Source of the DNA: a virus
Taxonomy: Duplodnaviria; Caudoviricetes
Direction: 5' to 3' (one strand)
IMG/VR virus record: IMGVR_UViG_3300017963_000309
Location: 1-57,176 of that record
DNA length: 57,176 nucleotides
How positions within the stretch are numbered: the first letter of the stretch is position 1; every line of letters begins with the position of its first letter. Made by a program: the position numbers and the translations under genes. Under the pieces are notes generated by a model that saw only the letters and a list, made by a program, of their open reading frames with translations, searched no databases and had not been told where the DNA came from. Shown one piece after another: positions 18,925 through 28,954 of the stretch.

Positions 18925-19248
18925 GACCTATGAAGGCATTATACCCTCAAGGCGTGAATGAAGGCACTACTTGCCTTTACTGGTCTGTTTCTTCTATTAA
19001 CCACTTAAATGAACCGTTCTGAATAATTGGTTTAAATTTATGCGGTGAAATTTCTATATAAGATAAATTGTCTTTTTTGCTTTTTTGCTTATTCATTTTT
19101 CTTTATATCTCCTAAACACTCTTTAATATAGTGTGAAGAAAAAACCATTTAAAAGAATATAGAAGAAATGATAATTAATAAAATAAAATATATATTAATT
19201 AATTTAATTAAAAAAAATAAAAAAAGGGGTATAAAACCCCATTAAAAT

Positions 19249-19800
19249 TTAAAGCACTTCATAAGCCACAATAGGCTTAATAAAATTCCTTTTTACCACG
19301 CTAAAAGGGGAATTTGTATAAACTCCTTGTTTGGCTTTTGGCTTATGGCTTTTTATCTCTGAAAATTGAAAACTAAAATTAACCTTTTGGTTTATGTTAG
19401 ATTTTCCAATTAAAACCTTTTTTGGTATTTTCTTTTTATTATCATATTCCCAATTATAATAAAAAACTTTATACCCGTTTTTACTCATAAGCATATTATA
19501 AGAACCATAATCTAAACTATTAAGCGGTTTATTTTCCAAGCTTGTATAAGTTTTATTTTCAGAAGTCTTTTTTATTTTGTTTTCAGTCATCAAAATCCTT
19601 AAAACTTCTTTTGTTATTCTTTGTTTATTACTCTTTTTTATTTCGCTTGGAAAAAAAGAATAAAATAAACTTAATTTAAAACTCTTGTAATTATGGCTTT
19701 TAAGGTAGTTGTGGAACGTTTTAGAGATTAAACTTAATTTCTGTTCTCTTTGTTCTTTCCTAAGACCTTTTAAGCTTGTGATTATTTCGCATATTTCCAT
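19249..19800 (-). CDS. basic hypothetical protein
   Basis: 183-aa ORF in an AT-rich region. Confidence 0.6.
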   Translation of the reverse strand: MEICEIITSLKGLRKEQREQKLSLISKTFHNYLKSHNYKSFKLSLFYSFFPSEIKKSNKQRITKEVLRILMTENKIKKTSENKTYTSLENKPLNSLDYGSYNMLMSKNGYKVFYYNWEYDNKKKIPKKVLIGKSNINQKVNFSFQFSEIKSHKPKAKQGVYTNSPFSVVKRNFIKPIVAYEVL

Positions 19801-19939
19801 TTATTAAAACCCCCCTTATAATACTTTTTTGTTTATGGTTATTTTTCACCATGTCTTTTTTTAGGAAAAATAGTTTATAAAACTATTTTTTTAAGTCACT
19901 ACATATTAATAGTAAAAAAATTAATAAAAAATATTCTAT

Positions 19940-20245
19940 TTAACCCAATAATTCTATTTTACTTTTTGAAGTTAAAACAAGATATTGTTTAAGGTTTTTC
20001 TCTAAATCTGTTTTAACCTTAAAAGCTAGTTCATCATTAAAGGGGTTAAACTCATTGACTACAATTTCTATAATAAAACTTTTTTCGTGCCCCATTTCCC
20101 AAAAACCCGAAACATTTTTTATTAAAGAAAATCCTTTAATTTTATTTTCGTTTAATGTTCTTATGGCTTTTTGATATTCACACTTTTTGGTTTTATTGTT
20201 ATGACCAATAAAAAAACGGTATAATACATTTTCGCTTTTTTCCAT
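19940..20245 (-). CDS. small alpha/beta protein, possibly PII-like (DUF3574/SAM-lyase-like)
   Basis: FFIG...GFS...GFW...EKSFIIEI...LKQ pattern; weak recognition. Confidence 0.4.
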   Translation of the reverse strand: MEKSENVLYRFFIGHNNKTKKCEYQKAIRTLNENKIKGFSLIKNVSGFWEMGHEKSFIIEIVVNEFNPFNDELAFKVKTDLEKNLKQYLVLTSKSKIELLG

Positions 20246-20435
20246 TTTTATTAAACTCCATGTTTAGTTAATTATAGGGAGAAAAAAAACCCACTTAATT
20301 TTTAATAGTGGTGACTAAAAGTAACCATTAATAACCATTGATGACCAACCCCGAAAATCGAAAATCGTCAAAATTAAATAAATTAAATACTGGGGCATTA
20401 TTTTATTTATTTTTATTAAAATCGGCATTTTCGGG

Positions 20436-20558
20436 GATGCCTTGATGATGCCTAGGGATGCCTAGGTCATGCCTTGTTTTTAGAAAAAATACCGACTTGA
20501 AAAAAAGTGTCGGTGAAAATCAGTAAAAAAATCCTATTCTTTATATTATGATGCCTTG
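20436..20558. repeat. ATGCCTWG repeats (4 phased copies plus 1)
   Basis: Copies at 20436, 20447, 20457, 20468 and 20550. Confidence 0.7.
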
Positions 20559-20567
20559 ATTAAAGGA

Positions 20568-20708
20568 TTACTTCTTGCCAACAATTAGAGCCATTTTGAT
20601 TCCAGTCTTAGGACAAGTTCCCATCATAAAAGTTCGTCCAGATTTTGTAACCTTCTTTGGGTTTTTCATTTCATGCTTCTTCTTGCATTTCATACAGTAC
20701 GCTAACAT
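20568..20708 (-). CDS. DUF5679-like small Zn-binding protein (46 aa)
   Basis: Manual translation MLAYCMKCKKKHEMKNPKKVTKSGRTFMMGTCPKTGIKMALIVGKK; GGAGG RBS. Confidence 0.7.
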   Translation of the reverse strand: MLAYCMKCKKKHEMKNPKKVTKSGRTFMMGTCPKTGIKMALIVGKK

Positions 20709-21409
20709 TTTACTTACCTCCTTTTCTCCAATTTAGCTTCCATTTTTAGAAGAGCAGGATAATAGGTGCAACCAAATTCTCTGATGTGGTCACCGACTAT
20801 TTTGCGCGCTATCTTACGAGATTTGGTATGTTCCATCTCTAAGTCTATCCACTGCTTCTTGACTTTACACTTCATCATAATACTCCTAAAGCTTATGCTT
20901 CTTTAAAACTTCTTTGGATTTGCTGCCTGCAAGTTTTTCAGCCATCTCTTCTTGAACTTTCTTTGGCTTCGTCTTAACTGGCAGTTCAGGTGCTTTGTAT
21001 GTTTTACCTAATTTCATTTCATCTCCTCCTTTTTCCTTTAATTGGTGTTTTCTTAAATGGTACAGTAGGATTCTTCTGTTTTACATCTAAGACTTCGAAA
21101 CCTGCTGAAGTGAAATGGTACTTAACCCATGCCCCTATCCGGGAATTAAAACTTTGGTAGATAGGCATTTTAATCATCCTCCATTTCGAGTTCAAACTCG
21201 TAATCTTTACCTTTCTTAAAATATTCGCCTTTAGTAACTTGCCTTCTGTTAAGCTTACCAAAGATGATGTCGTTATAATCTTGAAGAATAGGCTTTCTTT
21301 TTCTCATGCTTACACCTCCTCTTTTTCTTCGGTTTCATCTCTGTTGTCTTCTTGATAACGTGAGCACCAACAGCCACATTCACCAAAGTTCCAAATACAT
21401 TTCCCATAT

Positions 21410-22081
21410 TTATCTTCGTACACCAAACATTCGTCCAGTAGCTCCTCCATCGCCAGATTTAATTATACCATTACCTGAACTTAATTTCCTATTAATTTTT
21501 ACAGGATTGCCGCCGAAGCCCCAGAATTGTTGTTTATTCCCGAATAGTTGGAGAAGCCTTTGCTGTTGCGGTGTAGGAGGGATATAAGGTTCCCTTTGAA
21601 TTTCAGGGACGCCTTCATCTTCATAAAAGTCTAATTTACCAATTCTCATACTTTTGTCAACAGGTCTGCCTCTCGGTCTTCCAGTCTGTGGGATTGGTTT
21701 ATATTTTCTTGGTCTACCCCTCTTTCCTTTAGTCTTTGAAGATTTCTTAACTAAACCGGCTAACGGGTCTACACGCCCTTTTTTTACTGTGCCAAATTTT
21801 CTTAAAGTCTTGGCACCTTTTTCACCTAAATAGAATTCTTCATCAATACGCTTTTGTGCAATTTTATCTTCTTTTTCTTTTCTACGTTTTTTTAGAATTT
21901 GTGCTTTAATATTTTCATCACTCATACTTTTATCGAATTGTTTCTTAAAAGTTTCAACATCTTCAGCTTTATCACCTTCAGCTAATTCCCGACTGATATC
22001 TCTGTCTAATGCTAATTGTTCAGCTTTAACTATTTGTGCTTGAAATTCTTCTAATTCTTTTTCTTCTTCTTTGGTTGGCAT
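21410..22081 (-). CDS. basic protein with AT-hook motifs (candidate DNA-condensing protein)
   Basis: KRGRPRK and GRPRGRP. Confidence 0.65.
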   Translation of the reverse strand: MPTKEEEKELEEFQAQIVKAEQLALDRDISRELAEGDKAEDVETFKKQFDKSMSDENIKAQILKKRRKEKEDKIAQKRIDEEFYLGEKGAKTLRKFGTVKKGRVDPLAGLVKKSSKTKGKRGRPRKYKPIPQTGRPRGRPVDKSMRIGKLDFYEDEGVPEIQREPYIPPTPQQQRLLQLFGNKQQFWGFGGNPVKINRKLSSGNGIIKSGDGGATGRMFGVRR

Positions 22082-22141
22082 TTATCATATAAATTTCCTT
22101 TCACTTTTTACTGAATTAAATTTAAAATAAAAAAGAACAAG

Positions 22142-22168
22142 CCCCCAAGGCTTCAGCGACCTTGGGGG
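22142..22168 (-). terminator. GC hairpin after the capsid genes
   Basis: CCCCCAAGG/CCTTGGGGG followed by TTGTTCTTTTT on the - strand. Confidence 0.6.
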
Positions 22169-22196
22169 GTGGTTAATTATTATATTAGTTGAATAC

Positions 22197-22508
22197 TTAA
22201 TAGCTTGCGCCGCCAGTTCTTCCGCCAAAAGCGAGGAAGATTAAAGACAGTACAACAGCCGCAACACCAACAATTACGATGATGTTGAACCAGTTACCGT
22301 ACTCAGCTAGACCTGTTGCAGCGTCATCAGCGATGTTGTAGGCAGTCCCACAACCCGATGTGTTAACAGCATTACAATCAACAGTGCCTGTTAAATGCGT
22401 ATCACGCATATTAACCAGAACAGTTGCACCGATTGATACAACAATACCTAAGATTACAACACCTATTGCTAGGTCAGTTAGGTCAACAGCAGACTTTTGT
22501 AACTTCAT
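22197..22508 (-). CDS. putative major capsid protein 2 (two hydrophobic helices, spindle-shaped-virus type)
   Basis: Hairpin of two long hydrophobic helices; near-identical to its neighbour apart from a Cys-containing loop insert. Confidence 0.65.
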   Translation of the reverse strand: MKLQKSAVDLTDLAIGVVILGIVVSIGATVLVNMRDTHLTGTVDCNAVNTSGCGTAYNIADDAATGLAEYGNWFNIIVIVGVAAVVLSLIFLAFGGRTGGASY

Positions 22509-22526
22509 GGTTCATCTCGGCTATAC

Positions 22527-22817
22527 TTAGTAGCTCATTCCACCAGTTCTTCCGCCAAATGCTAAGAAGATAAGTGAAAGAACAACTGCAGCTACACCAA
22601 CGATTACGATGATATTAAACCAGTTACCGTATTCAGCAAGTCCTGTTGCAGCGTCATCAGCTAAATTATAAGCGATGTCACCCTGAGTATTAGTATCCCT
22701 TACGTTCACTAATACTGTAGCGCCAACAGAAACAACGATACCTAGAACAACAATACCAATCGCCAAGTCAGTTAAATCAACAGCAGATTTTTGTAGTTTC
22801 ATTGTATAGTTTTCCAT
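22527..22817 (-). CDS. putative major capsid protein 1
   Basis: Paralog of 22197-22508; TTAAAG box upstream. Confidence 0.65.
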   Translation of the reverse strand: MENYTMKLQKSAVDLTDLAIGIVVLGIVVSVGATVLVNVRDTNTQGDIAYNLADDAATGLAEYGNWFNIIVIVGVAAVVLSLIFLAFGGRTGGMSY

Positions 22818-22874
22818 AATTTACTTAATTCTAGGAGTTAAAGATACTTTAAGAAACCACGATGACAGCTGTCA

Positions 22875-23102
22875 TCACGTTAGAACAAGCTTACCACAAT
22901 CTCTTGAAGTCTTATGTATTCTAAAATTGAACTCTTTCTTCTTTGATAACTTACCAGCGACAAGTTCAGAGATAGTAGGATAATCAATAGTTAAGGTTCT
23001 AAGACCATACTGTTTCTTAATCTTCTCTGCTAGGGGTTCACCTATTTTCCCAAATTGGCTGATGAGACTTTCATGCACTCTTATCTGTCTTGAGCTTACC
23101 AT
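22875..23102 (-). CDS. small putative DNA-binding protein
   Basis: N-terminal strand RQIRVH followed by helices. Confidence 0.5.
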   Translation of the reverse strand: MVSSRQIRVHESLISQFGKIGEPLAEKIKKQYGLRTLTIDYPTISELVAGKLSKKKEFNFRIHKTSRDCGKLVLT

Positions 23103-23103
23103 A

Positions 23104-23427
23104 TTAATTCCTCTGTTGACTTACTATAATTGCTGAAACGATGGTTAGTGTTAGGAAAACCATTGGATAAGTTATTGCTAAGAATCCGTTCCACCAAAGA
23201 TAAGTCGTGAGTATGAATGAAATGAAAGCTGCTGAAGTTAATGCTGACCCTACCCCGAATGGCAAGGCTAGAGCAAAGAGAGCTAGGAAGACGAACACTG
23301 GCAAAACTTTAGCCATGACGCCTTGACTTATGTATGCTGGATAGCCCAAGAAAAAGTCGGAAGCCGAGCTAACATTGGTTCCGTTATAACTCGTTGGATA
23401 CTCATGATAATTATTTCCTACTGCCAT
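23104..23427 (-). CDS. membrane protein (virion module)
   Basis: Three TM helices, N-glycosylation sequons. Confidence 0.7.
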   Translation of the reverse strand: MAVGNNYHEYPTSYNGTNVSSASDFFLGYPAYISQGVMAKVLPVFVFLALFALALPFGVGSALTSAAFISFILTTYLWWNGFLAITYPMVFLTLTIVSAIIVSQQRN

Positions 23428-23428
23428 G

Positions 23429-23896
23429 TTATATGTTTGAATTACCTCCCGTCATTGCTGCTACGATTGCTAAGATAATAAGGATTACTATAAGCATAGT
23501 CATCAAGTCTATTAACCATGCTGGAACAACGTCCGTCCCTAAGATGAGGGTTGTTGCACTCGTCATCCCAACATCAATTAAGCTAACTGGTAATTTTAGT
23601 ATTGCTCCAAGACCAACGAAGGAGTTCCAGAACGTTTGGAGTAGTCCTGTTTGAACCGTAATGTTACCTACGCTATATTGTATCTCCTTAATGTTAGCTT
23701 GTAAGGCGTCCTGACTTGTCGCCAAATCTTCGAAAGTTTGATTTTGCACTTCCGGAATTGTAGCACTATACTGCTCAGCTCCTTCAGTCATAAAGTAGAA
23801 AGCTCCACCAACTATTGTGAAGCCAAGGATTAACACTATAAAGATTGTCGTAAAACTTAATGCCGACTTCTGCCAATTTATCCTCGTATTAACCAT
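23429..23896 (-). CDS. membrane protein, minor virion protein candidate
   Basis: QKSA followed by a hydrophobic N-terminus, as in the capsid genes; C-terminal TM. Confidence 0.7.
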   Translation of the reverse strand: MVNTRINWQKSALSFTTIFIVLILGFTIVGGAFYFMTEGAEQYSATIPEVQNQTFEDLATSQDALQANIKEIQYSVGNITVQTGLLQTFWNSFVGLGAILKLPVSLIDVGMTSATTLILGTDVVPAWLIDLMTMLIVILIILAIVAAMTGGNSNI

Positions 23897-26800
23897 GCTA
23901 TGATGCCTCCTGTGATAACTATCCCCATAAGGGTCAAGTAATTTATTACTACAAAACCAAGTAAGCTTGATATAAATAATGCTAGTAGAGCCGCCACAAT
24001 TCCCGCTACTGGATTAACGAACATTACGCCTACGACTAATATTCCCAGCATGAAAGCATAAAACGTGCTGTCTTCGGCTCCTAGAGCGTCTCCGATAGTC
24101 TGTGAGAATGACCCGCCGACTATCTCAAGTATCCAATCAATCCCTGAAGCTGGTGAACCTGTCGCATAAAATGTTGCGATATAAGTTCCATTACCATAAC
24201 TTGCAATATTGCATAATAGAGTAGCCGATGCTGCCGTTGAACAAGTGTCGCAAATTAATGTGTCTCCTGCCGCATTTTTCTTGGTTACTCTCAAACAACC
24301 TTCAGTGAACTTACCGTCAGGTCTTGAATATGTTAGGTAGAAGTCTTGCGTTGAATTTGTATAGTACAGGTTATAATCAATATCTTGGAACTTCTCGAAT
24401 TCGAATACTGTATCTTCTCCTAATGTAAAATCTCTTGGACTTTCAAAAATGTTCTCAGGTAACGTTGTTTCTACCGTTTCCCCGTCTTTAACTAAAACGA
24501 ACTTGTATAAGCTGTCAAGCCAGTTAAGGTATACAACATCTGAACCGATACTTGATGTACTAGCTTGCGTTACCGTGATGAAACTGTTTGTTCCAATATC
24601 ATAATATTGCACATTGATTAAAACATTTGGAACATAGAAACCAGCTTGGTCGAAAACTCGAAGAACCGTCGCGTCAGCCAAACTAGAATTTAGCAAATAA
24701 ATTGTTTGATTCGTGAAACTGTCTTGCGATAAATTCGCCGCTACCAAAAAGTTTGAACTTGGAACATAATCTGTTGCTTCCACTTCAACCTGATTATTCA
24801 CTACAATCGTTTCATTAAAATTAAGGCAAAAAGTGTACCTACTATCATTTTCCACAGTATCTTGATATGAAATATTTTGTACTACACTTCCGGTACCGTT
24901 GTATAAGTAGTAAAACCAACTTGAAGCTAGAGTTGTGTTAAGTAAGCCAAACGGGCTTCTCGCGTCACGAGTTGTATACCTTATAACTTCTTGCGGGTCG
25001 CCAGCATCACACCTTGTAAGTTCTAGGTTGTAAACTGTTTGATTATTTACAGGACTTGTAGCTACTCCTGAACCATTAACAGTCGTGATATTAAGGTTAA
25101 AATAGAATGACTTATTCTCGTCAGCAGCAACTAATGGTACATTAATCGTTCTAGTAAGATTAGTTTGATTCCCTGTAACTGTGGGGATTGCCGAATATGA
25201 TGTACCGTCATAAACCAAATTCCCTGTAACTGATAATACCCCTGTCGATAAATTGATTACTGCCACAAATTCTGTTTGGTCAGTTTCGATGACTTCACTC
25301 TCATAGATAATACTTTGTGTTGCCGCCAGTACGACCCATGATACTGTTTCACTCCCAAGGTTACCGAAACTATCATTGGCGTATAAAGTTAAAGAATTAA
25401 TCCCCGTGATGTAATTAAAATTTGTATTAGTTAAACAACTAATAGTATTATTACTTCCATCATATTCGTACCAACAATCGTCAAGGATAGTAGTATTAGT
25501 GATAGAAAAGTTAAGGTCTACTGTATCATTGTCTGTCAATGTATCATACAATGTTACAGGACTTGTTATCGTAATATTTGGCGCTATTGTTGAAGTTACA
25601 ATCGTGGTAGAATTGCTTGAAGTATAATTGAACCAATCAGTCGCTGTCAATGTAAAAGTTATACTTGAAGGGATACTTTCATTTGGATAATTGAAAGTGG
25701 TTGTATTGGCATTACAATCTACAGTAAGATTATCGAACGCCCATAAAAGAGCTGAAGTATTTTCAATCTTCATTACAACATTTTGTCCGCCCTCACTCGG
25801 ATACCTTCTGAAACATACATATTTTCCAACATTCGTCGCATTTACATAAACTACTGGAGATGTGAACTCATCATTCATACAATTAATGTCATCACTTGGC
25901 GCTGTCCAGTTAGAGTAAGAAAAACCCGCTTGTTTTTGGAACGAAACACCATTATTATAGAACCAATCAGCAGTTGTACCTTGCAAACCTGCATCAGTAA
26001 AATTATACCATGTAAACCCTCCGCCAGTCCATGCGAAATAAGTAGTCAAATTACTATCATTATCAATGAACTGATAATTGTCAGCTTCAATCACACATGA
26101 TGTTGCATTAAGTTCCGTGACCGTCCAGTTAAAATCAAAACTTTCATTAGGTTGCGTTATAATTGTACCGTTAGTTGGCGCTGTAATATTAACAACTGGC
26201 GCGTTACTATCAACATTTAATGTGTAAGTGGTACTTGTTTTTGTTGTATTATCAACCGAGACACCGTTACAATTCCAAGTATAAACTCCGTCAGGTATTG
26301 AAGCGTTTGTGTATGTGGCTGTCAAGTTTTCTGACTGGCTTGAATTTGTCACCTGAGCTACAACATTACCATCAAACGTCATATTAAGGGCAGTCATCCC
26401 AGTATTATACGTTCCCGTACAATTAAAAAATACGTTACCGTCTGTATCGTAGGCATTATTTAAAGGTTCAATCAATGTTATCACTGGAGATAAAGTTCCA
26501 GATTCCTCAGCACCTAGGATGTAAGTATTAGTTTGGTCACTCATTGAATAATATTCTGCCACTGTATCAGGAGTTACTCCACTTGTCGGGCTAAATACTA
26601 CAAATTCATCAATACCACCATCAAAGAAATTTTGAACAGTTATATCATTTGCGTACGCACCAAGCCTTATATCTTGCCCAGCAAATAGTGAGATGAAAGA
26701 ATCAACATTTGCGTGAGTAACGCTTACATAGGAACCATCATAATAGATGTACATCCCAGTAGTATTTGCAATGTTAAATAAATGATGCCAACCTGTGTCA

Positions 26801-28437
26801 ATATCTCCCACATCAGCAACTAAAGCTCCACCGGGTGAACCTCCAACTCCAAGTTTTGTCCACTGAATATCTTCACTTCCTCCACTAATTCTTGCTTGAA
26901 TACCGCCTCCACCACCAGCCCTTCCAGCACCAAAGAAAATTTCATTAGCTGAAACTGTACCATCAGCGTGTTTGAACCATAATGAGAAGCTAACATTAGG
27001 ATTAAAGTCTGTCAAGATTGAATCATCAAAATCGCCGGGCAACGTTTCATACTGTTTTGTTGAAGCATCGTAAGTATGATAATTACCAATGTGCCCTGAT
27101 ACAAGTGTACCATTACCTGTTGCATCGAATACTCCTGTTGCATCAACAGGTGTTGTTTCGTCTAAGAAGTAATATGCGTGCGGAGTCTTAAACGTAGCAT
27201 TAATATCGGAAGTTGAAGTTGAAACTGCCGGGTTCCCGTAGTACATATAAAAAGTGTTATTAGTGCCAGTAACATTATTAGTTTCGATTGTTACAGTGAA
27301 CCAATCAGAATCAACATAATCCCTTATCGTATAATTCAATTCTACTGTTTCAGTGCTGTCAAGGAAACGAACGTCCGAGAAATTACCATTCATTTTCCCT
27401 GTTTCAAAAGATAAATTAAGTGTTGGGTATTCACCAGTCAAATTACTTAATAACCTTTTATAATCCCAATCAGAATTCCACCACGCCCAATACTGTCTTA
27501 TAATGTCAGTCTCAAAACCTTGTAAGGATACTGCCCAGTCAACGCTTGAATATGGCGACTTTTTCGCCAAAATTTTCCAATAATAACTTCCAGCTTCCAA
27601 CGTTTCAAAATTGTATTCCTCGTAAACAATCTCGTCATAATATTCTGTGACTGACCCATTAACGAAAGGGTTACAAATGTCAAAAGTTCCAGTAGCGTTT
27701 ACTATCTCGCTACAATTAGGGTTATAAGTATCATGAGTATTATTGAAAGTTTCCATCTGCCCGACATAAATTTTAACATCGCTCAAATTAACCAAAGAAC
27801 CGACAGTGTTAACAAAATCGTAACCGTTAAACAATTCGTCGTTTTGGTACAAGACTGAGGTACCTCGAGCTTCACAATCTGTTAAACAATAGTCAGTATT
27901 ATAAGTTAGTGCGACATCTTGAACAACAACCTCGCTATCATTCTTAATCTCCAAATTATCGTCAACATAACTTACACTTGAAGAATGTTCACCGAACTTG
28001 ATAGTATCCTCATTAACGATGTCAACATCAACACACATCTTCTTCACCTTACCGCCCTCGGTTTCAACCTCCATATCTGAAGGTTCAACTTCACCAGTCT
28101 TAACTCCATTATTACGAAGCGTGGCTTTACTTTCTTGGATTATATCGTCATTAATCCTTAAATTCAATTCTTTCGGAACAAGACAAACTTTCGCTTTCCC
28201 ATTATCAAGATTTTCAATAATTGTATCAAAGTATTCTTCTTGTATTCCATTCTCATACTCATGAACCCATTTAGGACTATGAGTTAAAGTGTAACCGTTC
28301 AAGTCATCTTCACAACTCCAGAACGGTATCCAATCGCACCACTGAAAAGCGCTAACAGATGGTAGAAGAACCAGCATCATTGCTAGCACTACAAAGAAAC
28401 GAAGCCTATGCTTTTTATCCATAAAGTTTAATGTCAT
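23878..28437 (-). CDS. large surface glycoprotein/adhesin (DUF2341 + LamG + Ig-like), C-terminal TMs
   Basis: Signal peptide, WWNSDWDYKR and FSDVRF, SFSLWFK...WHHL...FDGGIDEF, many NxS/T. Confidence 0.85.
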   Translation of the reverse strand: MTLNFMDKKHRLRFFVVLAMMLVLLPSVSAFQWCDWIPFWSCEDDLNGYTLTHSPKWVHEYENGIQEEYFDTIIENLDNGKAKVCLVPKELNLRINDDIIQESKATLRNNGVKTGEVEPSDMEVETEGGKVKKMCVDVDIVNEDTIKFGEHSSSVSYVDDNLEIKNDSEVVVQDVALTYNTDYCLTDCEARGTSVLYQNDELFNGYDFVNTVGSLVNLSDVKIYVGQMETFNNTHDTYNPNCSEIVNATGTFDICNPFVNGSVTEYYDEIVYEEYNFETLEAGSYYWKILAKKSPYSSVDWAVSLQGFETDIIRQYWAWWNSDWDYKRLLSNLTGEYPTLNLSFETGKMNGNFSDVRFLDSTETVELNYTIRDYVDSDWFTVTIETNNVTGTNNTFYMYYGNPAVSTSTSDINATFKTPHAYYFLDETTPVDATGVFDATGNGTLVSGHIGNYHTYDASTKQYETLPGDFDDSILTDFNPNVSFSLWFKHADGTVSANEIFFGAGRAGGGGGIQARISGGSEDIQWTKLGVGGSPGGALVADVGDIDTGWHHLFNIANTTGMYIYYDGSYVSVTHANVDSFISLFAGQDIRLGAYANDITVQNFFDGGIDEFVVFSPTSGVTPDTVAEYYSMSDQTNTYILGAEESGTLSPVITLIEPLNNAYDTDGNVFFNCTGTYNTGMTALNMTFDGNVVAQVTNSSQSENLTATYTNASIPDGVYTWNCNGVSVDNTTKTSTTYTLNVDSNAPVVNITAPTNGTIITQPNESFDFNWTVTELNATSCVIEADNYQFIDNDSNLTTYFAWTGGGFTWYNFTDAGLQGTTADWFYNNGVSFQKQAGFSYSNWTAPSDDINCMNDEFTSPVVYVNATNVGKYVCFRRYPSEGGQNVVMKIENTSALLWAFDNLTVDCNANTTTFNYPNESIPSSITFTLTATDWFNYTSSNSTTIVTSTIAPNITITSPVTLYDTLTDNDTVDLNFSITNTTILDDCWYEYDGSNNTISCLTNTNFNYITGINSLTLYANDSFGNLGSETVSWVVLAATQSIIYESEVIETDQTEFVAVINLSTGVLSVTGNLVYDGTSYSAIPTVTGNQTNLTRTINVPLVAADENKSFYFNLNITTVNGSGVATSPVNNQTVYNLELTRCDAGDPQEVIRYTTRDARSPFGLLNTTLASSWFYYLYNGTGSVVQNISYQDTVENDSRYTFCLNFNETIVVNNQVEVEATDYVPSSNFLVAANLSQDSFTNQTIYLLNSSLADATVLRVFDQAGFYVPNVLINVQYYDIGTNSFITVTQASTSSIGSDVVYLNWLDSLYKFVLVKDGETVETTLPENIFESPRDFTLGEDTVFEFEKFQDIDYNLYYTNSTQDFYLTYSRPDGKFTEGCLRVTKKNAAGDTLICDTCSTAASATLLCNIASYGNGTYIATFYATGSPASGIDWILEIVGGSFSQTIGDALGAEDSTFYAFMLGILVVGVMFVNPVAGIVAALLALFISSLLGFVVINYLTLMGIVITGGIIAWLIRG

Positions 28438-28913
28438 AATTGCGCTCCCGAGCCACTTCCAGATTTAAATGATACAACTACCACTAATAAGATAATGCCA
28501 ATTATTACTATTATTGGAAGATATTCCATGAACAAAGAAGCTATCGTGACTTTATCCCCACTATCACCCAACTCACTTCCAATCAAATTACCGTAAACGT
28601 TTGAATATATGACTGCTAAAGTTATTAGAACGCCAAGGATTATGACGCCAACGAATATCATGATTGGACTTCGTAATACTGCGCCAGTAGAAAGCATGAT
28701 GAAGCCGAAAATTCCAATGATTAGGAAGGGGATTAAACTGTCAAAGAAAGCTAGACCGCTACCTGTTTGTGAGAGGGCGTCATTAATTTTATCAGCGTCA
28801 CCCGACGGCACTGAACTGTTTAATCCTTCAGCTAATGGGTTTTGAATTTTATCGAACGCATAATTTGCCACTAGAAGAAATATGGAAATAGTTGCAAGGA
28901 TTACAATTATCAT
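28434..28913 (-). CDS. multi-TM virion membrane protein (may start upstream)
   Basis: Four hydrophobic helices; in-frame upstream NKRGQAEGFLTWF. Confidence 0.7.
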   Translation of the reverse strand: MIIVILATISIFLLVANYAFDKIQNPLAEGLNSSVPSGDADKINDALSQTGSGLAFFDSLIPFLIIGIFGFIMLSTGAVLRSPIMIFVGVIILGVLITLAVIYSNVYGNLIGSELGDSGDKVTIASLFMEYLPIIVIIGIILLVVVVSFKSGSGSGAQL

Positions 28914-28954
28914 GAACCAAGTTAAGAATCCTTCCGCTTGCCCTCTTTTATTTG

